Notes: a model not told the origin generated them from the letters alone. 6,996 nucleotides of DNA from Methanobacteriaceae archaeon (GCA_003558085.1 PWMT01000069.1:1-6996); one strand, 5' to 3'; counted from the first letter of the stretch, positions 1 to 6,302 are shown. Translations and numbers: made by a program.

Positions 1-163
1 AATTTGAAAACCCATCAAAAAGAGAGTGAAAACCATCAGAAACTATACTCAAAGAATCTGTGTACCAACCAAACCCTAATTTAATCAAAGATACTGCTAA
101 ATTCAAAACTAAGATCAATATTAAAATATTTCTTATTCGTCTATAATAATTATTAATTGGCAT
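1..163 (-). CDS. Cation diffusion facilitator (CDF, FieF-like) family transporter, N-terminal part; runs off the window
   Basis: Not in the ORF track. Manual translation from ATG 163 gives MPINNYYRRIRNILILILVLNLAVSLIKLGFGWYTDSLSIVSDGFHSLFDGFSN, a hydrophobic TM1 followed by the CDF TM2 signature S-x3-SDGFHSxxD (HxxxD metal site). AGGA lies just upstream. Confidence 0.9.
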   Translation of the reverse strand, partial: MPINNYYRRIRNILILILVLNLAVSLIKLGFGWYTDSLSIVSDGFHSLFDGFSN

Positions 164-329
164 GAATATCCTGGGAAACTATTTTAATCTGGCTATAAAA
201 CCATATTGCTTACTATTATACTTTCCATGAAAAGCTTAGAATTATCATATCCATATTATTAAATCTTAAACTATTAGCATCCCTTATTTATATGTTGAGG
301 ATTTTTATCATTTTATTAGCATTGATAAG

Positions 330-848
330 TTAAGGATTTTGATCATCTTTATTAGTAAATATACTAGAAATTTTCCCCAATACTCCGCCACCTTTTAATC
401 TATGAATCAACTCTTCCTTAGATTCTAAGCGGCTTTTAAGATCTGATAAATCTTTCTCTTGGGTTTTGACTTTTTTTTCTAGTTTTTCTATCTCCTCTTC
501 TAATCTTTTTAATTTTCTAATTTTAATATCCACTTCTAAATTATCATAATATTTTAATTTTTCCTTAATAGTTTTATTTTCCTGTTCCAGTGAAATTATC
601 TTTTCTAACTGTTCTGCAAAATCATGCCGACGCTGATTAATTAGATTGTTCATTTTAAAAAAATCTTCCGCCTTTAATATAGATACATCCTGATCACAAT
701 CAAAGGGTTGATCCTGCTTAAGAATGATAATATACTGTTTGGAACTATAAGTGTGAATATCACCAGATTTTATTTTTTTCTTAGTCTTTCGGGTGTAGCA
801 CTTAATTTTAGAGTGAACAGTTTTAATTAAAGGCTCATAAGGAAGCAT
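330..848 (-). CDS. Hypothetical protein: basic N-terminal domain, long coiled coil and a short C-terminal amphipathic segment
   Basis: The track ORF 330..860 begins at TTG; ATG 848 follows GAGGA and is the more likely start. Heptad-like K/E/L-rich region (LKRLEEEIEKLEKKVKTQEKDLSDLKSRLE) is followed by GGGVLGKISSIF. Confidence 0.75.
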   Translation of the reverse strand: MLPYEPLIKTVHSKIKCYTRKTKKKIKSGDIHTYSSKQYIIILKQDQPFDCDQDVSILKAEDFFKMNNLINQRRHDFAEQLEKIISLEQENKTIKEKLKYYDNLEVDIKIRKLKRLEEEIEKLEKKVKTQEKDLSDLKSRLESKEELIHRLKGGGVLGKISSIFTNKDDQNP

Positions 849-937
849 GTAATTCCTCAAATATATTATCTATTAATTAATATATGTTTAAAATAATTGC
901 TTTAATCTTGCTAAGAAGGGATAAAATAAAGTTTAAT

Positions 938-2086
938 TTATAATGATTTAAGCATGATGTCCATGATACTGGCTTTTTTTGATTTATATTTTGATCCGCC
1001 CATAAGCGGAATAGATGAACTTAAAAAGTCTTTATTAGCCCGATCAGTTATTTCCTTGAATATCATCTTATAGGCCGCACACTGATGATCCACCCCATCA
1101 ATTTCCATTTTACTGGTCTTTTTATCTATGGTTAAAGCGTTATAGGGACATCCTCCTCGGCAAAATTTAATGTATTTACAATCTGCACATTCTTTATCAA
1201 CCAGTTCCATCCATTTATGTAGTTTTTTCCAGGCCGGCGATCGAGAAAGTTCTTCCATACTGGGATGATCTTTTACATTACCCATTAAATATTCTTCCAT
1301 TCCTACAAAGCGATAGCAGGGATATATGCCTCCATCAGGTCCAACCGCAAAGGTATCACCCACACAATCAGCATAAGTGCATACCACTCCCCTCCTGACA
1401 AACACTCCCTTGCAGAGATGATCAATGTTTTTTATTTCAATTTCACCCATATGGGCTAAATACTGATCCAAAAGATATACCAATAAATCCCCATATTCTT
1501 CAGGAGATATAGACCATTTATCAGGATCTTCGCTACGTAAAGAGGGTAGTGCTGGATGTAATTTTAGATTTAAATTATTATCCAAAAAGAATTGGAAAAT
1601 TTCTTCCTTTAATTTAATCGAATAAGAAGTGAAGGTGCTAATAAAACTTACTTGAACACCTTTTTCCCGGGCTATTTCATAGCCCTGCATAGTTTTTTCA
1701 AAATATCCGTCCCCTCTTTGATGATCATTGATAGAAGGGGGGCCATCCAAACTGGAACCAATGGGAATATCATAATCTGCGAAAAGCTGGGCTAAATCAC
1801 TGTTCATAAGCCACAAATTAGTCTGAATAGCAAATGCAGGGTTTAAATGGCTTAATTCCTGAGCTAACAAAGGTAGAGTTTTCTGGTAATATTCATATCC
1901 TGCTAATAATGGTTCCCCTCCGTGAAAAGTGAAGGTTACTGGTTCATCCCTGAAGTCTTTCAACCATTGCACCATCTCTTCAATGATTTCCAGTTTCATT
2001 AAATCTGATTTTTTATCCACTCCCCAGCAGTAACTGCAATTAGATGGACAATCCATAGAAGGAATGATCATTACATGAAAGGCCAT
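938..2086 (-). CDS. Radical SAM/SPASM enzyme, putative peptide-modifying (TIGR04083-like, methanogen type)
   Basis: CxxxCxxC (CPSNCSYC), FHGGEPLL, IQTN and SLDGP motifs. SPASM cysteines CTYADC..GGIYPC..CADCKYIKFCRGGC..HQC. N-terminus MAFHVMIIPS resembles the TIGR04083 family as I recall it. AGGGTG Shine-Dalgarno upstream. Confidence 0.9.
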   Translation of the reverse strand: MAFHVMIIPSMDCPSNCSYCWGVDKKSDLMKLEIIEEMVQWLKDFRDEPVTFTFHGGEPLLAGYEYYQKTLPLLAQELSHLNPAFAIQTNLWLMNSDLAQLFADYDIPIGSSLDGPPSINDHQRGDGYFEKTMQGYEIAREKGVQVSFISTFTSYSIKLKEEIFQFFLDNNLNLKLHPALPSLRSEDPDKWSISPEEYGDLLVYLLDQYLAHMGEIEIKNIDHLCKGVFVRRGVVCTYADCVGDTFAVGPDGGIYPCYRFVGMEEYLMGNVKDHPSMEELSRSPAWKKLHKWMELVDKECADCKYIKFCRGGCPYNALTIDKKTSKMEIDGVDHQCAAYKMIFKEITDRANKDFLSSSIPLMGGSKYKSKKASIMDIMLKSL

Positions 2087-2411
2087 AGCAACACCCTAAA
2101 AATTTTATACTTACAAATTCTGTAAAGATGATATTTATTATCATAGCTATAATATTTATAGTTAAAACACCCTGCTAAACTAAAACTTTCATTAACTTTT
2201 ACTTAGTTTTATTAAAATAAGAACTAATTTTTATAGTCATAACTAAAACAATTTTTTTTAAGATTAATTCATGTTCCAGCTTAGTATATAATTCTAAAAC
2301 AAAGTTTTAAGATTAAACCTATCTAAGGGGCTATAAATATCTGTATATAATCAAATAAGTTAAAAATTAATTATTTCTATTAATAATGGTTAGATATGGT
2401 TAAATCTAATC

Positions 2412-2660
2412 AAAAAAAATAAGGAAATGCTTTTAATATACATCGAATCATAGCTTATACTCTAAATTAATATTCTAGTCTAGAATTCAGCCATACTATT
2501 AGATATCATGAATGATCCTTAAGATTGGTTATACATGGAGGTGTACAACATGGAGGTGTTGTAAAATGTTTTAAGGATTCATTCTTTTAATAATATTACT
2601 ATATCTAATCTTTTTTCGATGTATAAGGCCTTGAATTATTTTATTGGGGTTAAATAATTC
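2412..2660. ncRNA. Candidate structured non-coding RNA (strand uncertain, minus favoured)
   Basis: Nested inverted repeats: 2437-2447/2615-2625 (11 bp), 2498-2506/2601-2609 (9 bp), 2510-2522/2571-2584 (13 bp, 1 bulge). They enclose two hairpins with TGGAGG loops. A further hairpin lies at 2633-2641/2652-2660. A8 at 2412-2419 would be a U8 terminator on the minus strand. No credible ORF. Confidence 0.45.
2533..2559. repeat. Direct repeat ACATGGAGGTGT x2 (15-bp period), each copy a self-complementary hairpin
   Basis: Exact copies at 2533-2544 and 2548-2559. Stems TACA/TGTA (2532-2545) and TACAACA/TGTTGTA (2544-2563) surround identical TGGAGG loops. Confidence 0.9.
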
Positions 2661-2682
2661 TACATCCATATATCTAAAAACT

Positions 2683-2733
2683 CTTAAAAATAATTTTTCA
2701 CAAATTACACCCCATTTAGACCCAAATTAACCC
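2683..2733 (-). promoter_or_regulatory. Helically phased direct repeats next to a possible BRE/TATA element
   Basis: CCC at 2711, 2721 and 2731 (exact 10-bp spacing; CCCATTTAGA CCCAAATTAA CCC). CAAATTA occurs at 2701 and 2723. On the minus strand these are followed by GAAAAATTA-TTTTTAAG (TATA-like, 2690-2683). Confidence 0.4.
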
Positions 2734-2768
2734 TGATATTAATTAAATTATAAACTTAAAATTAAGCA

Positions 2769-3095
2769 TCAATTACGGGTAATTTTAAATAATATAGATA
2801 AAGCTACCAGTTGCACTATATTTATAAAACTCAAAGGGATAATCGGGAGATAAATCTGTTGAACCATCATATTTAAGGGATAAAATAACTGAATACCTAA
2901 AAAAATGGATGCTACGAAATTTTGAAGAAAAAGTAAAAAAGCAAAAACCATTAAACCCAGGGAAAACTTAGATTTTATTTCTTTATAAGTTTTAGTGTAC
3001 AACGTAATTAAAGCTAGTACCAGGGACATATTTAATATTCCTATAGCCAATGCCACGGCATTCAATAGATAATATTCTTCATTGCCAATTAACAT
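2769..3095 (-). CDS. Small membrane protein (about 3 TM helices), likely partner of the upstream winged-helix regulator
   Basis: Three hydrophobic stretches around YTKTYKEIKSKFSLGLMVFAFLLFLQN. Its ATG lies 1 nt after the regulator stop (TGAtATG), suggesting translational coupling. Confidence 0.8.
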   Translation of the reverse strand: MLIGNEEYYLLNAVALAIGILNMSLVLALITLYTKTYKEIKSKFSLGLMVFAFLLFLQNFVASIFLGIQLFYPLNMMVQQIYLPIIPLSFINIVQLVALSILFKITRN

Positions 3096-3096
3096 A

Positions 3097-3387
3097 TCAT
3101 TCCCTCTCTTTTTTCTTCAATTCACTCCAAATTTGATTAAAGGCTTCATAATTTTTTATCATAATATCTGAGAGAAAATAAATTTCCCCATACTTTTTAC
3201 CTTCAGTAGTTACTATTTTATTTTCTTCTAAAATTTTAAGGTGGTGTCTTATAGTTTTATAATTTAAATTAAGCTTTTCAGCTAATTGATTAGCATTATT
3301 AGGACTTTCATATAATTCCATAATTATTCGAGCCCGATTAGGACCTCCTCCAGATCCAGCGATTAACCACCAAAGTATTTTATTCAT
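3097..3387 (-). CDS. Winged helix-turn-helix (ArsR-like) transcriptional regulator
   Basis: [18 protein letters not shown]...[38 protein letters not shown] is an archaeal ArsR-like wHTH pattern. ATG 3387 follows GGGGTTGA and is preferred to the track start at 3399. Confidence 0.9.
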   Translation of the reverse strand: MNKILWWLIAGSGGGPNRARIIMELYESPNNANQLAEKLNLNYKTIRHHLKILEENKIVTTEGKKYGEIYFLSDIMIKNYEAFNQIWSELKKKERE

Positions 3388-3472
3388 TTTCAACCCCAAT
3401 AAATTTTAAAGAGGTAAGTAATTAGAACATTTTTCATTTCAAATTACATATTAATGGCCATTATAATTGAAC

Positions 3473-3634
3473 TTAATCCTCTTTTTTCTTTGGTTTAAAT
3501 TCATATCCACATTCTTCACATATTATTCCTTTTGTAGTTGCATGAGCCCGATGTTCATCTTGAATTTTCCTTAAAACTTTTTTATCCGGGCATCCGCATA
3601 CTGGACATTTTTGCAGCAGTTCTTCCATTTTCAT
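3473..3634 (-). CDS. Cys-rich small protein, TIGR04165-like (two CxxCG motifs); putative substrate or partner of the radical SAM enzyme
   Basis: Not in the ORF track. Manual translation: MKMEELLQKCPVCGCPDKKVLRKIQDEHRAHATTKGIICEECGYEFKPKKKED* (53 aa), with CPVCG and CEECG motifs plus a fifth Cys. This matches the described methanogen peptide family found near TIGR04083 enzymes. Confidence 0.88.
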   Translation of the reverse strand: MKMEELLQKCPVCGCPDKKVLRKIQDEHRAHATTKGIICEECGYEFKPKKKED

Positions 3635-3837
3635 ATAATTAATGTTCAATTTAAATGCACATTAAATTTTTGGTATATGCTCTATAATGATTTATTGAAT
3701 TTTAAAATTTAATAAAGATTTTAAGAAAACCTTATTTAAGGATATGAATTGTAAAAAATAGCTTTTTATTATTAAATATTAACTGAATATGAAAAATTAA
3801 GTCTATCCCTGGCTTTACTGCCATTTAAAACTGGAAT

Positions 3838-3852
3838 AAAAAAATAAAAAAA
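3838..3852 (-). terminator. Oligo-U tracts downstream of heliorhodopsin (archaeal intrinsic terminator candidate)
   Basis: Two A7 runs on the + strand (3838-3844, 3846-3852) just beyond the stop codon. Confidence 0.45.
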
Positions 3853-3860
3853 TTTATTTT

Positions 3861-4685
3861 TTAAAAGGGAGCAAATATGCCAATAAATACCAGCCAGGCC
3901 AAGGCTGTTTTAGCAATTAAGCTCAGCAAAATATATACTCTTTCACCATAGAGATAATCTTTCCACTTACCAATTCCTTTGTACTGCATTATCATGTTTA
4001 TTGAAAAAGTATTGAACATGATAAAGTAAATAAGCAGTGTTAAATAGACGAAAGTAGGTGGCTGTGTCTCCGCAGAACCCAGAGCAGCTATAAAGTAAGC
4101 AGCCATCACCACCCAGGGTGTGAATCCAGAAATACATCCTAAAAGGTATGGTGACCAGTCTGTCTTTTTAGGATACTGGTTAATCTTCTCCATGAGATAA
4201 CCAAACATGATCATCATAGCATTTAGAACAAATATCATCACCAGTGACCATACATCCCAGATCCCTAAAAATTGGGCTATAAGCACTATCATTATAGAGC
4301 TAGAGAATGCGTATTCATACCAGCGATAGGGATTCATTCCTTTTTTAAGATTTTCATTGTATTTTTTGTTTCTAAGAAAGGCAATCACGAAATGAGCTAT
4401 AGCAGATATTAATAGGAAGGAGGCTAAAATAACTCCTAAATTCTCCACAGTGAAAACTACTTGTGGATCTGGTATTACTTGAAAAGTAGGTGGGGTTAGT
4501 GTAACAATTTCAAAATCAAGATAAAAGGTGTATAGATCCCTACTCCACTCCAACCATAATCCCAAGATTACTAATAATATTCCTTGGAATAAGTGTAGCA
4601 TTCCTGCCCCAATATTGAGCTTTCTTAAACTCTTGAAACTTATGGGTGATTTGTCAATTAATTCTCTTCTCAATTCATTATCCAT
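3861..4685 (-). CDS. heR: Heliorhodopsin (HeR)
   Basis: Seven hydrophobic segments with a long loop after TM1. HeR signature residues: H31/Q34 (LHLFQG), H98 (SAIAHF), NPYRWYEYAFSSS (R121, counterion E124, S128), E166 (FGYLME), and YLYGERVYILLSLIAKTALAW with the Schiff-base lysine K259. Confidence 0.96.
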   Translation of the reverse strand: MDNELRRELIDKSPISFKSLRKLNIGAGMLHLFQGILLVILGLWLEWSRDLYTFYLDFEIVTLTPPTFQVIPDPQVVFTVENLGVILASFLLISAIAHFVIAFLRNKKYNENLKKGMNPYRWYEYAFSSSIMIVLIAQFLGIWDVWSLVMIFVLNAMMIMFGYLMEKINQYPKKTDWSPYLLGCISGFTPWVVMAAYFIAALGSAETQPPTFVYLTLLIYFIMFNTFSINMIMQYKGIGKWKDYLYGERVYILLSLIAKTALAWLVFIGIFAPF

Positions 4686-4802
4686 TTAAACCCCCCTTAG
4701 GTATTAATATCTATTATTATAGTTAATATTATATTTTTTGGTACAGGAATTTTTTATTAATCTTAATTTAAGAGCATTAATTAATATTAAAAACAAATAA
4801 AT

Positions 4803-4816
4803 AGATTATATAATCT
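4803..4816. promoter_or_regulatory. Perfect 14-bp palindrome AGATTATATAATCT containing a TATA box readable on both strands
   Basis: Self-complementary, with TTATATAA at 4806-4813, in the 186-bp divergent gap between heliorhodopsin and SOUL. Confidence 0.55.
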
Positions 4817-4834
4817 TTAACACCCATATCAATT

Positions 4835-4872
4835 ATTAATAAAGGTTATATTAATTAATAGAGGTTATATTA
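4835..4872 (+). repeat. 19-bp tandem duplication covering the SOUL ribosome-binding site
   Basis: ATTAATAAAGGTTATATTA (4835-4853) and ATTAATAGAGGTTATATTA (4854-4872), 18/19 identical. Confidence 0.85.
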
Positions 4873-5432
4873 TGCCTACTGAAAGTCCCCAGTATAATGT
4901 AGAATATAAAGAAGGAAAATTTGAAATTAGGTTTTATCCGGGTTATATTTTAGCTCACGTAGATATAAAAGCTGATTTTGATAAAGCCCTAGGACAGGGA
5001 TTTGGTATACTGGCTGGTTATATTTTTGGAGATAATCAGGGAAAAGAGAAACTAGCCATGACCATTCCTGTCTCTCAAGAGGATTTATCTTCATCTAAGA
5101 ATAATTCTAGGTCCTCGGAAGCTAAAGAAGAAGAAATTCTAAGTAATATTCATCGTATATCCTTTATCATGCCTTCTAAATACGATTTAAAAACTCTTCC
5201 CCAACCGAATGATGATAGAATAAACTTCAAAGAAGTAAAAAAGGTTAGGATGGCCGTATTAAAATTTTCAGGAAGAGTTAATTCTACTTTGGCTTCGCGC
5301 AAAATTAATGAGCTTAAAGCTTGGATATTGGAGAAAGATTTTGACCCTAAATCTCCTTTTATAGTGGCCCAATATAATCATCCTGCAGTTCCTGGATTTC
5401 TCAGGAAAAACGAAATACAGGTTAAAATTTAA
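4872..5432 (+). CDS. SOUL heme-binding family protein
   Basis: SOUL-family motifs: E-x-P-x-Y, FEIRFY, GFGILAGYIFGDN, KLAMTIPV, ISFIMPSKY..TLPQPND, AVLKFSG, AQYNHP..PGFLRKNEI. GAGGT Shine-Dalgarno upstream. No signal peptide evident. Confidence 0.93.
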   Translation: MPTESPQYNVEYKEGKFEIRFYPGYILAHVDIKADFDKALGQGFGILAGYIFGDNQGKEKLAMTIPVSQEDLSSSKNNSRSSEAKEEEILSNIHRISFIMPSKYDLKTLPQPNDDRINFKEVKKVRMAVLKFSGRVNSTLASRKINELKAWILEKDFDPKSPFIVAQYNHPAVPGFLRKNEIQVKI

Positions 5433-5615
5433 ATTGCTAATTAATTTAAGAAATTTTATAGCAGACTCTCTCTCTCCTTTTCATTCTATATATTAAATTT
5501 AACTTATTTATCGAAACATTTCTGAGGACTTTTAACCCTCAAATCCCTGAAATTCTATTTCCTTTATTAAACATCTCCTCTATAAGTAGTGCTCTATTTA
5601 TTAAGGGATTTATGT

Positions 5616-5641
5616 TCCTAAATTATAATCCTAAATTATAA
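5616..5641. repeat. 13-bp tandem repeat TCCTAAATTATAA x2
   Basis: Exact copies at 5616-5628 and 5629-5641 in the intergenic region upstream of the hypothetical ORF. Confidence 0.8.
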
Positions 5642-5741
5642 TAATTATCGTTTAATTTTTATTAAATTACTTTTCATTTGCCCTCTTACTTAAGAGAGAA
5701 TAATATTCTGATTGTATAATAAGTTCTGGGAGGAGATGATA

Positions 5742-6107
5742 ATGAAACTCAGTATAGTTGAATTAGGTGAAGATGAAACAGTTTTTTATAACCTGGGCGT
5801 GTTTATGGTAGGTGAAAAATTATTGATATTTCCCTATCCAGAATTTAAGGAATTTTATGAGGATTTAATCTTTCATTTAGATTGTTTAGATGGTGTAATT
5901 AAGGAAGGATTTGTTGCTGAGAAAATGACTCCGGAAAGATCCCTGGAGCTGGCCAAGTATTATCTGGATGAAGTTAAGGACCAGGTAGATAAATTACTAA
6001 GTTATGATATTCAAACTACCTTAGAGGGATATCAGCAAGCACTAAAATCACCTCCTAAAAGGTTAAAATATGCTAAGGAAAAACCACAATGTCTTTTAGG
6101 ATTATGA
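5742..6107 (+). CDS. Hypothetical protein, acidic, probably cytoplasmic
   Basis: The track ORF 5712..6107 begins at TTG; ATG 5742 follows GGAGGAGAT (5729-5737) and is the more likely start. Purine-rich coding-like composition; no motif recognised. Confidence 0.65.
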   Translation: MKLSIVELGEDETVFYNLGVFMVGEKLLIFPYPEFKEFYEDLIFHLDCLDGVIKEGFVAEKMTPERSLELAKYYLDEVKDQVDKLLSYDIQTTLEGYQQALKSPPKRLKYAKEKPQCLLGL

Positions 6108-6287
6108 AACACAAAAAATGATATTGTTTTCTCTAAATAAACAAGATTTAAATAATTGAAGACTATAATGAAATTTTTCCACTTTAAAAAAAAATATTTA
6201 AAACTTTAATATTGTTTATAAATAGTTTAAGTAGCCAGTCTAATGCAAATTAAAGTTTTTTTAGTGGAAATTTTTAAGAGTAATACT

Positions 6288-6302
6288 CAAAGTATTTATA
6301 TA
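6288..6302 (+). promoter_or_regulatory. Archaeal BRE-TATA promoter for the pseudomurein-binding protein gene
   Basis: CAAAGTA followed by TTTATATA (6295-6302), about 55 bp upstream of a perfect Shine-Dalgarno GGAGGTGAT (6358-6366). Confidence 0.6.

Noticed and set aside
1..84. Plus-strand open frame ending at TAA 82-84
   Set aside because: It is the antisense shadow of the CDF transporter, which has clear family motifs on the minus strand.
938..2086. Annotation as anaerobic sulfatase maturase (anSME)
   Set aside because: The fold and SPASM motif are shared, but no sulfatase lies in the window and a TIGR04165-like peptide is nearby. An HMM comparison would settle it.
2533..2559. Repeat considered as a CRISPR remnant
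   Set aside because: Only two 12-bp units with a 3-bp gap, no spacer-sized intervals and no cas genes.
2535..2574. Plus-strand mini-ORFs MEVYNMEVL*, MEVL* and MF* next to GGAGGTG sequences
   Set aside because: They are too short to support as genes and no downstream plus-strand gene exists for them to regulate. Kept only as an alternative reading of the RNA candidate.
2506..2586. Minus-strand frame reading KNESLKHFTTPPCCTPPCITNLKDHS*, tempting as a second Cys-rich substrate for the radical SAM enzyme
   Set aside because: There is an in-frame stop directly upstream, and no start codon or SD. The nearby ATG is in another frame (MNP*). The Cys/Pro pattern is a by-product of the 15-bp repeat.
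2640..3403. 12-bp inverted repeat TTTATTGGGGTT/AACCCCAATAAA flanking the regulator and membrane protein, suggesting a mobile cassette
   Set aside because: No transposase or target-site duplication. One copy is simply the regulator SD region, and a single 12-bp match is plausible by chance in AT-rich DNA.
3861..4685. Type-1 ion-pumping rhodopsin
   Set aside because: It has the HeR motifs RWxEY and LSLxAK rather than the type-1 RYxDW and DxxAK motifs.
5466..5476. Short (CT)n run downstream of SOUL
   Set aside because: Too short to interpret; at most part of a pyrimidine-rich terminator region.
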